In this document: in pieces, positions 26,255 to 39,187 of the stretch
Position numbering within the stretch: the stretch's first letter is position 1
Layout: every line of letters begins with the position of its first letter
Assembly: GCA_028023455.1 (NCBI GenBank)
Contig: JAQFVV010000010.1
Location: forward strand, 6,014,001-6,078,000
Direction: 5' to 3'
From: Epiperipatus broadwayi
Taxonomy: Eukaryota > Animalia > Onychophora
Length of the DNA: 64,000 nt
The notes under the pieces: generated by a model
Database searches by the model: none
Told to the model about the DNA's origin: nothing
The model's input: the letters and a program-made list of their open reading frames with translations, nothing else
Position numbers and translations under genes: made by a program

Positions 26255-26610
26255 ATATATACACAATATAAATATAGGGGATTTGAACTTTCAAGCCCCT
26301 TCACTATCCACACTACCTCAAAACTACTGATACACATAACCACACACATGCAGAAAAGATAAATAATCACTAATATATGTATTTCGTGCTAAACCAGCAC
26401 TCATCAGTTGGTCCAGACTACCATTTCCCATACATATGTACAATCAGTGTTCAGTTTATATTAAGTTAGCAAATCCTTACACTTTAATGGACAGGCTTCA
26501 ACCCACTCCAACCTCCAACTCTTCAGCCATCCATACCATCCCCTATATTTAAAATTATGCTCCAGGTATAAGAGTGCCTAGTATTTCAAATCATACACAA
26601 TATAAATAAC
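26255..26610 (-). mobile_element. Penelope pseudo-LTR fragment nested in the hAT relic (boundaries approximate)
   Basis: An EHNF..GDG-like endonuclease tail lies upstream of a hammerhead core; there is a short inverted segment aaatatagggga/tcccctatattt. Confidence 0.5.
26369..26412 (-). ncRNA. Near-intact minimal type-I hammerhead ribozyme
   Basis: Minus strand: accaa-CTGATGA-GTGCT(ggttt)AGCAC-GAA-ATA(ca)TAT-A-ttagt. The catalytic core is complete, with a 5-bp stem II, a minimal stem III, an AUA cleavage triplet and stem I at 4/5 pairs. Confidence 0.8.
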
Positions 26611-27198
26611 TTTTTTGAATATTGCACCTCTGATAGAATGAACTAGAACTAATATAAATCTTGGAAAGAGAAAATAAATATTTTTACTTAATTCTTTTTA
26701 ATTCAATATTTGCTTTTTTAAATAAAAGTTTTTTTACAGTATCATTTTATATACCATTTTAAAAATATCCAAGAGCCAGAGTGAGAACTTTTGAGGATTG
26801 GATTTGGCCCATGGACCTGAAGTTCCCCACTTCTGTTATAAAGCAATGCAAAATTAACAGACATAAATGACAATGCAATCAATTCCGCCAGACTCCTATG
26901 ATTAGTTTCTAATTAATTAGTCTTTATTCAGACAGAAGCAACAGATAAGCAAGAAAACAGGACCTATCCAATGCTCTTTTTTTATTTGCTATCAAGCTAA
27001 TGATTCTAAACTACTGACTTGTCCAAATAATTAGATCTGATACAAGTTCAAATGCCAAAACAAAAATTGAAAAATAAATCTTAGTTAAATTCAAGAAACT
27101 TGAGAGAGGAATTACTAAATATTTATTGCAGTTATAACAAATATTTACTGATTTTAAATCATTAATAATTATTTATGGAATTATTTATTTAAAATGCT

Positions 27199-28491
27199 GG
27201 TTGTCGTCGATGAGCAGATATATCCCACTGGATGGCGCTGTTTTCACGCTAAAACACATAAAAATGCCGTTTCCACGGCCGACACCTTCGAACCTGCATT
27301 TTCTATAATACAACTTTTTTGTTGTGCTACAGATTGCAGGCCGCTATATCGCGTCGCAGTACAGCATGTATGTTTTACGCAGCAAATACATTTTGCGAAT
27401 TCGCACACTTTATAAAATGATTACGGCTTGGGGAGAGGGTGTGTTTTTTTGAATTGGATGGAAATGTTGTTTTCATTGGATTTTTTTTTATTTTAAAGTA
27501 TTGAAATGTTCAGATTTTGTAAAGTAATAATTAACAGACTTTTTACACCGTAGTGTATTGAAGTTTTAAGTAGTAAATGTTGACGAGATATATGAATAAA
27601 GTTATTTGGAATTAGGTAACAAGTCAAGTAACGTACTGTTCGTAACATTCCACGAGACATTTTAAGATTGTACAGTGTGTATATTTTTGAAATAAAAAAA
27701 AAGCGTTAACACAAAAATATCCAGTAAGAAAAGTACAATTAATTGTACACTGTTTTTTTAAATGTCATAAAAAGCATATATTATAAACATTTTATATATA
27801 TATATTTGTCGTTGTTTAAAAAAGTTTTAGTTTCTTTCTTTTCTCAGACTACTGTTATTCTTTGTTGAATATAGTTTACGTTTATTGTTATCATTTATTT
27901 TATAGATGTTAGTAAAAAAAAATATTTACAAAAATACGATTTTGATATTTTTTATTTTAACCGTAAACCTAACCCTAAAGCTAACCCTAAAACTAACCCT
28001 AAACTAACCCTAAAGCTAACCCTAGCTAATCCTAAAACTAACCCTAATCCTAACCCTAAAACTAACCCTAATCCTAACCCTAAAGCTAACCCTAATCCTA
28101 ACCCTAAACGTAAACATAACAAGTTTTACTTTTAGTTATCATTCTATTTGAAATAAAAACTAGCGGTAAACAAAATCTTCGATAGAAAAAATCTCCGATA
28201 GAAAATTGATTTTTTCTAATAAAAAGAAAACTAAAAAAGACGAATCAAATTGTAATTTGTTTATTTTATTTTACATTTATTATTATCATTTAATTTGTAT
28301 ACGTTAATAAAAAATAATATTTAAAATTAAGTAATATTTAAAAAAGACGATTTTCTTTTTGTTTTTATTTTCGCATTACAAAAAACACATCAAAATGATT
28401 ATAATTAACGGCCCGTGAATGATCATAATTTATAATTTTAGCGTGAAAAGTGCGCCATCGAGTGGGATTTAGCAGCTATTCTACAAGAACC
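27199..28491. mobile_element. Merlin-like MITE with internal telomere-like array
   Basis: ~55-bp imperfect TIRs (ggtt..atcccactggatggcgctgttttcacgctaaaa versus reverse complement ..atcccactcgatggcgcacttttcacgctaaaa); GG..CC ends; 8-bp TSD aaaatgct on both sides. Confidence 0.82.
27961..28117. repeat. Telomere-like array: 12-bp units CTAACCCTAA(AG/AA/TC)
   Basis: Read directly; TAACCC alternates with variant hexamers. Confidence 0.95.
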
Positions 28492-28659
28492 AAAATGCTT
28501 AACAAATAAAATATACAAACTTAACAAAAAATTACAAAAAGATATTTTTAATGATTAAAATTCCTATTTAACTATATAGCATAGACATTTAAAATTCTAC
28601 CAAATTAAAAATATTTTATTATGTTCTGCATACACATTTGTATTCAAACAATCCAGTAC

Positions 28660-28717
28660 CTTCAATGTTAAAATCCTTTTCTAAGATTTGCAATTCTTCT
28701 AAAGAGTATTTTAAGGC
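28660..28717 (-). CDS. Tango1: TANGO1/MIA3-like coding exon (ALKYSLEELQILEKDFNIE-), phase 0-1
   Basis: ttattacag|GCCTTA acceptor and GAAG|gtactg donor; 58 bp; in frame with both flanking exons. Confidence 0.8.
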
Positions 28718-29849
28718 CTGTAATAAATTAAGAAAAAAAAAATCACATATTTTCATTCTATAAACTAATTTTATTACTTTCTTTTTAAAAAAAATAAGTT
28801 TACAAAACTATTATAAGCAAAAATAAATTGACTATTCTACTTTAGCCAAATTGGCAGTACTAAAAATTAAATTATTAATTAACTAGTTAACATAATAAAT
28901 ATAAGTTTCAGCAATATTTTAAAATCTGTGACTAAATATTCTAAATTTTGCTATCAAATAATATAAAGACAATTGAATTAAATCTGTTTCATGTACATTA
29001 ATATTAAAATATATCTATAAATAAAAAATTTTGAAACTTTCAGAAATACTGTTAATGTTATTAAATGTATTAATTATTTATTTATTAGTGCAATGCAAAT
29101 ATATATATATGTACAAACGAGCTAAAACAAACTCCAACATTAAATCTATATTTTTGGAACATGAATTAGAATAAGACCACAATTTCCATCCATTTGACAT
29201 TAAAGTCATTAGTGCAAGCATAATGATCAAAAAAGAAAATATAAAGAGGTATGGTTTATTGCAAATAACATCTACATGATAAAACAAGAAAGACTTGTGC
29301 ATTGTATTATCGCGCAAATGGCATATTTAAATTTATATTCTTATTTAACTTATAAATTCTATTTTCTATACACACATATTAATTCTATGAATATGACCAA
29401 CCTGATCAAAAGCAGTGTTAAACAGTAAATTTTAAAAAATAATAAATTTATAATCTTTCCGACATAGAATACCATCATTATATATTGAATTATAAACAAA
29501 TAAGAAAAGAACAAATCTGAGAAAGTTAATATTTATACTATTATTCTTATATAATAAAAACAATCAAATAGCTAGTCCTTGAGTTTCAGGAACTTTTAGT
29601 AAATCAATCACTCTACCATTATGCTAAATTATTCAAGTCAATATATATTATGAAATAAAATAAATTCATTATTTCAATTCAATTCTATTTAAAGTGCAAA
29701 ACAACAACAATAGTCAATTATAGAATGTACATTAAAATAATAATAACAGAAAAAATCTTATCATTGAACAAAATGATATAGAGATATGCAGAAAAGGAAA
29801 AAATTTGGAATGAAAGACATGACAAATGATTTGGGTAATGAGATCACAA

Positions 29850-30720
29850 ATTGTATTTTAGTTTTAGGGCTTTGCTGAATTAATTATAATCCAGATAAAA
29901 AATATTGTTATTCCTAAAATCCTCATTGTATGTGCTGATTATATAAAATACAAAAGAAAATCTAAGAACATCTGAATAACAAGGAATTAGATGTATAAGT
30001 CAATATGATCTAGTATAATAGTGAGAGGGATTGGAATATATTTTGAAAATGAATCTAAGGAAAGTTAAATTTGAAGATGATCTTTGTATAAATATATAAT
30101 GTCTCTGATTTTTCTTCTTTGCATCAACAAAATGTTAAAACTATCAGAAAAATTATTACATTAAAGAATATTTGGCAAATAAAGATTGGATTTTTTGAAT
30201 ATCACTTTTAGTGTGAGAGTTGCAAATAACTGAGCCAAATTCTAAGATTGAGAGACTCAATGAGGGGAAAAGTTTATATTTCATTTACCTTGTAGATGTA
30301 TGATCCCTATTATTTTAAATGCCATATTCACTATAGTATTATCATGAAGATGGAAAGGGTAACTGGAAAAGTAATTTCCAAGATTTTTCTGATTATTTTT
30401 AAATATGATTTTAAAATCATGAATAAAATAGGAAAATTGTAAAATTTCAGATTTGAGAGAGACAACAGAGCATTTGTCTTTATTAATCATAATTTTATTG
30501 TTAATAATCCATGTAATAAACTTAACTATATCATTTTTAGTAAAGAGTAATCAGAAAAGGAATATATCTGAAAATTTTACGATCATCAGCATAACAAAGA
30601 TGAGAATATTTTATATTATCCCCCCGATCATTAATATATATATATATTGTAACCTTGTGATTTGTCCAAAGTTGTATTTGAATTGCTTATTTAAAATTTT
30701 TGCTAAAAATTTTAAAAAAT
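29850..30720 (-). mobile_element. CR1-clade LINE RT 3' relic
   Basis: YINDRGDNIKYSHLCYADDRKIFRYI, then INKDKCSVVS..KNLGNYFSS..HDNTIVNMAFKIIG. Confidence 0.7.
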
Positions 30721-32789
30721 AATAAGTTACTATTTTATATAATGTTAGAGATGATTATAAAACTGATTACATAAGTTCTGCAGTATAAATAGATTAGACA
30801 TGCTATGTCAATTATTATTTAGTTTCAGTAACACAAATTTATTATAAACTGATAACTTTAATATTTAGTTAAATGTGCATATTCAACCCAGAATAAAATA
30901 TAGTAGGGATTAAAAATCAATCCTTATTCAGTCTATAAATAAAGCTAATTGAATTAAAATAGACTTAAATTTTATATGTTATATTATAAAGTTGAAATTC
31001 AACAGGAGGTTTATTAAAATTAATTTTATGTGTGTAATAAACTATGAGCTAATTAATAAGTTCATTAGCTCTAACATATTGTTATTAAAGTAACTAAAAT
31101 AGTTAACTTATTATTTATTAATTAACTGTGAAAATTAAAAGTTATAAAGAATGAAGTTAGTTTATTAATTATAAAATAAAATATTTAAAAGTATGTAATA
31201 TTTGTGAGGTTTAATATTTAGCATATTAAATTCAAGATAATAAGTAGTTAATTGCAGTAATTTCCGGTCTCTATGTGTGAGTGAATGTGTGTGCTGGCAC
31301 AATAATTTAAAATATTATTTATTAAAATAAATAATGTTATAATTCATTTGGTAAAAATATCAATTTGGATTAAAAATGATATCTGAGCTTCTCATGAATA
31401 AAAATTATTAATAATTTAAAAAGGTAATATCAGTTATTTAATTTATTTTGTTAATAAATTATAAAAGATTAATCAGAGTTAATAAAATGTACTAGAAACT
31501 ATCACGTGATAATTAATTATTGTTATGTAATTTAATTTTTATTTCTTTGTAGTAGTTAGAATATTTTTTACCATAGGCATAAATAAATATATATTTAAAA
31601 AAAACTAGGTAACTGATTGGCTACCCATTAAGATATGAAAGGTTATAAAAAGTGTAACGTGTGTGAAAAGCATCTGGTCTGGGTCTGCTTCTTGTCTGGT
31701 CACTCTCTATATATTGCTTTTGAAAAACCTCAGCCAAAAGCAATAAAATTGTTTGTTGTTTTTTTTTAATTTTTAACTTAATAATAGTGATAATTTTTTT
31801 TATAATTTTTTTTTTTTTTTTGCCTGTTTAAATAAATATGCATTTCTAAATTCAAAAAGATGTTGGGCCATTCACACCTAATCTAATCGGGAAGTCCAAG
31901 AAATTTAGCAAAGATGCTCACTAGAAAATGCTGTTCTGTATTAACCCAATAAATCCAAAATAGGACAACTTCAAAATAAAGATAGTATAATTTCATATTT
32001 TCAAGTGTGTGTACAGACTATGTACTATACTCATTTATCATTAATATTCTCTGCCTTTATTGAATTCACTTTTTCACTTTTCATTAAGGAATTAATTAAA
32101 TTTAGTATAACCTCTAAATAAAAAAAAGACTTTAAACCGTTTATTAGATCGCATTTATGTTTTATATATGCAATTTTAAGTGAAAAGTATTTAATTCCAC
32201 CGTCGATAGTTAAAATTTATTTATTGATAAAATAAAGAATGCTTCAACAGAATTTAATTTATTAGACTTTAAAATAATTAACCTTTGATAATGACAAGAA
32301 GAATTGTAATCATTTTCTTCCTAATAATTATGTGCTTGATTTAAATGCTTTTTCAATGCAGAAAATAACTTATTCATTGAAAGTTCCGAAAACATTTTCT
32401 ATAATAATTTTAAAGAAAATTATTTTTAATGCTGAAAAATTATATGCATCATAATTAAATATTTTAAAAGTATTATTTAAAATGAAGAATAAGAATACAG
32501 AAGAAAAACTTTTATTTAAAAATGTTACATAATGTAAAATGATTCAAACTATGTCTTTTCAGGAAAAAGTAATTTTTAATTACTATTATTGATTTTATCT
32601 TTATTTAAAGAAAATGACATTTTAAATACTAACATAAAATTCTCTTTTCAAAAGAAAAAAAGTTATTCATGAAAAGTATTCATGAATGTGTAAAATGAAA
32701 TATCCTTAATAATATATATTTTTTTAATATTAGAATGAAATTAAAGAAAACAAGTTATAGCGAACTTTGTACATTTAATACCTAGATAA

Positions 32790-32960
32790 ATGAGTAGAAG
32801 TCAAATATCCTGCCGTTTTAAATGTGTGTGCCATTTGTTCCTGAAGGTCATTGACACAAGTGTTTTGAATTTATAATGTCATGGATGCGTTGCTTTAACA
32901 TGATTCGCCGTCCAAAGGACATTCCTTCCCGCATCAAGCAATTCAACATGGCAGATGTCA
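32790..32960 (-). mobile_element. Possible Tc1/mariner transposase C-terminal relic
   Basis: The minus strand reads LKQRIHDIINS..FRNKWHTHLKRQ..LL, resembling the ends of Tc1-family transposases; short. Confidence 0.35.
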
Positions 32961-33379
32961 GATGAAGGACTATAGTGTTTTTTAAAAAAGAAAAAAAAAT
33001 TTTTTTTTTATTATTTAATCTTATTATGTAGAGTATTACAAATTGTCAGGTAAAATTTTATGCATTTATTCTTATATTGTTAGAAATAAAAAAAAATTAT
33101 GCAATTTATTTTATTATTTAATTATTTGACATGAGGTAAATTGTCTAGTCAAAGCGAGTTTGAATTCCCTTACATTCACTAGTACTATTTTATTAATATG
33201 TATGTTATATATCTGGGTAAGTAGATAAGTACTTGATATTTATTAGAAGCTCACGAAAAGTTTTAGCTGATATAACATAGTAATTCAGCATAATGCTAAT
33301 ATGGTATTATATTTTATATTCATTACATTTAATATTGTTTTGCATTTTGCCATTGATATTTACTTTATTTTTAAATATA

Positions 33380-34400
33380 TATCCAGATACTATTTCTTAT
33401 ATGTGTATTTCTTGTTATTTGCAAAATTTATTCTGCTATTCCAGGTATATATTTTTAAGTTTATTTTAATGCATTATTTCATGTATGAAGTTTTTAGAGA
33501 CAGATTATTATCTCTAATTTTATGTGATATTTATTTCATCTTGCCATGGTTGTGATTAGAATTAATGTTATTCCCAGTTTTATCATTATGGGATGCATTT
33601 AACTTTATTCTAATCATATGTGAATTCTTTCATGAGAGGTTATTGTTCTAATATTTTGTTATTGTAGTTTATGTTTCACTAATATAGTAGGAGTCCTTAG
33701 AGATGTTTTCCTATGGTTTATATTCCACTTTCATGTGCTAGGACTATGTCCACACATATTTTAACCCTGAGAGAAGGTGTGTTTTTGGTATATGCCATCA
33801 TTCTTTTCGATATAATAGTTGTGGCTCTGAGAAGCCTTTACCTGATGAGGATATCTTACTTTTATTCCACCATATAGGTGAAGCTAATATATGCTTTAAA
33901 ATGGTTATGGCAATCGATAAGTTTGTATTTGAAGTATCTATTTGCTTCAAGGGCACTGTTCTATTTATAGTGTATAGGAATGGAATTAATGTATGCATTG
34001 TACTGTTGTGCCTCGCCAGCAGTTCTAATAAACCGACAAACATATTTTTCTTAGAATTTAAAATTTAATATTTTATACTAGCATAATAAGATGTACACAT
34101 ATATGTTTCTTTGTCATCACCATCCAGAAGTAATTCACCAATGGATTGGTAAGGTCATTACAAGTTTCTTTAATAATTTATTATGTGGATATAAGCAAAA
34201 TTAGAGTGTCCTGAGGATGTGGCTTCTGAAAGTTTTACCATTTAATTTTATTTAATTAATAATGCAGATACGATTTTTTTTATTTATGCCTTGGATAATA
34301 TTTGGTATTAACATGCTAATCTTCTAAAATATTTAGTCATGAGTTAATTAAAGGTCAAGTTTTTAATTTATTAATAATTCTACAAACATAGAATTATTAT
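33380..34400 (-). mobile_element. Ty3/Gypsy RT-RNaseH relic
   Basis: FVGLLELLAR..LIPFLY..VPLK..LKHILASP..SSSGKG..AHE..KYIPG occur in Gypsy pol order, with stops. Confidence 0.55.
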
Positions 34401-34849
34401 TTAATTATGCTAATTAATAATAGCCAGATGGACATAAAATATATCTCAATATTGCTGTAGATTATGTTTTAAAAATCTTAGTAAGTGATTATTCTATAAC
34501 AATAGAATATCATTAATATTATGTTCAGAAGTAAGCAAATATAATAGCAAATTACTATTTAAAACAAGTGCTAATAGAATAAAATAGCATTTAGCTAAAG
34601 TATATGTTAAGTAAAAAATTTAACAAGTTATAGCTGATATTAGCATCTAAAGTTTGTAAAGAATAGGTTTGATTTGCAAGGGAATAGGCAAATATTTTAT
34701 TTCGTATAAATGTATCATGTATAACAGCACCTATGTTGTAAAAAAAAAAGGATCTTCGTGCAAATGTTGTTATATTAATTATATGTAAAGTAAGGCTTAT
34801 GTTAATTGTTAATAAATTTGTTTTATTATTATTAAATTTTAGTCTCTGT

Positions 34850-37040
34850 CTCAATATGGTTTTCTTGGTTCATTAATTGTTAATTAGATTATAGAAATTT
34901 TTATTCCAATCAGATAGACAATATCATTTTTCAAATACAGATCCAAACTTAAAAATGCAAAGATGCATTAGAATGGCAGTTCCAAAGATTGGAATTCAAT
35001 TCAAATTAAAATTATTTGTTGGATTTTAAAAATTTAAGCTCATTTAAGACTGCATATTGTTTAAATTATTACATCCACGATAATTATACACTATTTTGAA
35101 GATTATTTTAAAGTTGCATTTGTTGATGAGTATCAGAATGGCATAAAAAGAACCCTCTCCATTCTTGGTATTTGAATGTCATCTTAGGTGAAGAATCTCT
35201 TCTAAATTTTATTGTTTCATGCTTATATTATTTAAATTTAATATTTCTTTAATCATTATGACTATTGTTATTATGGTCCATTAGGATACATTAACTTATA
35301 AGAGAAGTATATGTCTCCTATAGTCTATTAGGAGATCATTCAGTTATTCAACAATATGTGAAGACAAAATATATTCAATTTATTTACTAAGAATTCCGAG
35401 ATCAATTTTATCATTATTACTACATGATTTTACCATTACCTGAATCATATGTGGCATGCATTATTAAACCGATTTTATTGTACTATAACAAAAGTCCAGT
35501 ATTATTAACTCTCTTAATTTCCAGAGAGTTAGATTTGTAAAGTCTCGATTTCATTTATTAACTTAATTTTTTATTTTGGTTAGAATGGCTCCCAACTTTT
35601 TGGGGCAATTAATCTATTTGATTCCATTTTCTTATTTTGATTAAAATATATATTGAACAACAATTGGGCCAGATTGCTACCTTGATGTACTCCAATTGAG
35701 CAAGAGTAGAGTGAAGACATTTTATATTTAATATATAAACAGTTTTGTAATGTATGAAAGATTCAATGCATTTGTCTAGTGATTTTGATGGCCCTAAATT
35801 ATGATTTGGCAAAAACAATATTATGATTAATTTTGTCAACGGCTTTACAAATATCCAAAATTAACATCAAGCCTGTTCTGATCTTCTATATCATGAGCAA
35901 TATGATCAGATATGATGATGAGATTAGTTTCAATTGATTTATTGAGTAAGAAATCATGTTGATTGATGGCTAGAAGTTTGTTAATATCTAAAATAATTTT
36001 GTCATAAATACATAACTCAAAGATTTTGGCAATGATATATAAGATAGAATTAGGGTTATAATTATTGGGTAAGTTTTTATCCATTTTTATAAATAAGAAA
36101 AACCTTTGCTATTTTCAGAGTTGTGGGAAAGCTGTCATTTCTTATAGAACAGTTAAATATGAGATGCAATAAATTTAACACAGTCTTTATATATAAAAGG
36201 ATTCAATCTAAGCTTTTTGATGGAAGATAGAATTCAGATTCAAAAAAAAAATCAAAGGTTAATTTTTTCTGTATAAAAATACTAGAAGTAGAGTGAAATT
36301 GAGAGGAATTAGTGATCTAACAATATCATCTGGCTTCAAAGTGGTGTTAGTATTATGCTGTAATTTTCTTTTGGTTACACCAAAGTCTTTGATTAGGGAT
36401 CAAAATTTTGGGGGACTATTAGAAATATTTAACTCCCTATTTTGTTTAAATTTTTCATAAAATGCCTTGTAAATATGTCTGGATAATATTCTAAAATTAA
36501 TAAAATTATTGTAAAGGATATTCTTTTTGAGATATTGTCAGTGATTGTATTTTCCTTTTAATTATTTTTATGAGAGTTACTAAGAACCATGGAGGAGAAT
36601 GTTTGAGATAATTTTTATTGAAATATATGAATCTAACAGATTATTAAGTGTGCACATAAAAAATTCAATGCCAAAATTAGCATCAAAAGAGTTGTATAGA
36701 TGCTTCCAATCAAATTTTGAGAGCATCCTTTCTGTAATTCCTTCTGGTATGTTGAAAAGAAATAGGCCTGGAGTTATAAATTTTAAGATAAAATTTGATT
36801 GGAAATGATGGAAATCAATAAAAAAAGGTAATGAGAAAATAGAATTACAACTAATTGTGGAGAGATTGCTAAGAATGTAGTGTAGTATTTGATGTATAAT
36901 AGGATTATACTGTTTGAGATTTAATAAATTAATAAAACTGCAATATCCTGGAGACTTTTGAGGATAAAATTGGAGAGATGGTATTGCTAATGTATAAATC
37001 AAAAATATTGAAGTCACCAACAATTAAGAAGTGGGAGTCA
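34850..37040 (-). mobile_element. CR1-clade LINE (APE C-terminus + RT), degraded
   Basis: ORF 36580..37023 (NLKQYN..IDFHH..KFDWKHL) and ORF 35845..36084 (NYNPNSILYIIAKIFE..NQHDF..SIETNL..RLDV). Confidence 0.8.
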
Positions 37041-39187
37041 TATGAAATTAAAAAAAATCCTCGAAGCAACATAATACTTCCTTTAATATAGGAAAGTATT
37101 AGGTTTTATGTAAATATTACCTAAATAAATTTTATGACTATTATTTAATACTACTTCACACCAAGTAGATTCACATATGGGAGAAAAACAGAGATGGATT
37201 TGCATACTAAATCCTGTTAATTGCTATAAATGTGCCACTTATCTCTGGAAGCAATTTCTGGAGATCTATCACTATGAAAAACCTTGTATCTATTATCTAA
37301 GAACATTTGGCTATTTATACTATTTGTTAGCTATATTTCAGACAAAAATATAAAATCAAAATTTTCCGAATGGAAGAAATGTTTTAATTACAATTCTTTA
37401 GTCATCATTCCTCGAATGTTAGCATAAAAACAGGTGAAGTCATTCATAATAACCCAACTTAACATAATCTGTTTTAAATAACTATGTTCTGTTTCAATAC
37501 AGACAATACGAATAAAAATCTTTACTCAAGCAATACATGTCATCCATAAAAAATAAAATAAAATACTATTTCATATAGATCTATAATGGACTAGAACCCA
37601 GATTCTAGATTTATTATCTTTGGAATATACAATACTTTTAATATTATCAAAATTTGGCAAATGATCTATCTCAACAAAAATAGTTTAAAGAAGAAATATA
37701 AAATTAAGTCAATGCATGCTGAACAAAAGATCATTTGTCTACTAGTTTTGCATATTGGAGCAACTAGTTTGATCTACATATATTAGTCTTATATATATAT
37801 ATATATATATTTAATAGTTGACTATGGTATTTACTAGATTTTATTTCATTTTTTTTATTTTATAAGTACTACTGAGAATGTTATGTAAAAAAAAGAACAA
37901 ATCATTAAGTAATTTAAACTTCTGATATAAAATTCCTTAACTATATTAATTAATGCCATGAAAGATTATGTAATATCTTATATATGCATATTTATTATGA
38001 ATCAGAATATTTAAGCACTTTTTAGCAGCTCATGGTGAAAATAGGATATTAGATGTTAACATATAACAGCCAAATTCAATGACAATAGAGGACTTAACAG
38101 AAGAGGTTTTAGGGGAATCCTCTTCATCAGTTATTTCAAAACCTCAAACATCCTTAAATTACATAACAGAATAGGTTTGAATCTTTATTTATATTAAGCA
38201 AATTTGTTTTATTTGAAAATATGAAAGATCAAATTAACATAATTATTGAATGCGATGCTTTTTACAGTTAATAAACACTCATATAATTAATTATATTATG
38301 AATAGATAGAAATATAGTAAAATTCATTTATTTTATAAATGTTATTAATGAAAACATATTTTTATATTTGTAAAGATGTTACTTATTTTATTTAAAAGTA
38401 ACAGATAATAATCATAATTATTAATGGGTTGCCTTTTACACATACACAAATTTAGATTGAATCACCTACGAAATCACTACTAATATCACAATATTATACA
38501 GTTTCATATTAATAAAATATAACACAAGATTTAATGAAAAATTTTGTTGTTACTAATCTTATAAAACAATCCACTAGTTGTTGTTTTTTCGAGTATTAAT
38601 ATGTGTTTTAGAATTGTTGTGGAAATTGTTATTCAATTAATAAATTTTGGTTTGTAAATAATTATCTTTCAATATCAAATAAGTAAATAAATGTTCATTA
38701 TATCAAGGGACACATTTTAAATATATATATATAATCAAAATAGCTTGTATGAAAGGCTGTTATTTAGAACAGTGCATAAGAAAGATCAAATCTTCTCAAT
38801 ACATACAGGGGACCAGTTTTAATCATTGGTTCATCAATTAGACTAAAAAAACAAACCCATCCCTATAAAAAACATGTCAGTAACAATATTATATATATAT
38901 AGGCTTCTTTGAGAATGCAAAAGCCATTTTGAATTTTTCACACTTGGTCAAAAAAAAAATATTTTGTCTTTTTATCATACTTGTTGTAAAACAAAAAAAC
39001 TATATTACAAATCAAACTTAAAATATTTATTGTAACAAAACTAGGTTCATAAATGAATTATTATAATTTGTGTTTGTTGAACAGCAGCATAAATACTTGT
39101 AAACAGTTTAGCTTTTCACACTATATTTTAAATAATAAAGTTATTTTAATATGTAAATAAAAATTAGTTTCTGGTAAAAGTTTAAAG

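Larger units (their letters stand above)
25552..26835 (-). pseudogene. Internally deleted hAT (Buster/Charlie/SPIN-like) relic with transposase N-terminal fragment
   Basis: The minus strand reads ENQTFQKKW..MCFLCLEGNKEY and FSDEEFIKVCILAAVKLVYPVVKKKIENI. The 5' end cagaagtggggaacttcaggtccatgggccaaatcc is at 26835 and a possible other end (tagaaatgagcaacc) at 25552; no TSD match. Confidence 0.7.

Noticed and set aside
27961-28117. True telomere or chromosome fusion site
   Set aside because: The array is short, degenerate, single-orientation and enclosed by TIRs and a TSD.
30283-30356. Apparent 74-bp minus-strand exon (cag|..CAAG|gtaaat)
   Set aside because: It lies in frame within a CR1 RT relic (downstream of YADD), does not resemble TANGO1, and is not needed for frame continuity.
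31560-31900. Possible solo LTR (TATA-like motif and aataaa)
   Set aside because: No defined TG..CA ends, TSD or second copy in the window.
33301-33555. Hydrophobic ORFs suggesting small membrane proteins (also 30453-30722 and 49287-49541)
   Set aside because: These are chance F/I/L/Y-rich frames typical of AT-rich DNA or antisense to TE relics.
38095-38135. CTGATGA followed by a stem on the minus strand (hammerhead candidate)
   Set aside because: There is no GAAA after the stem and no stem III or stem I; not supportable as a ribozyme.
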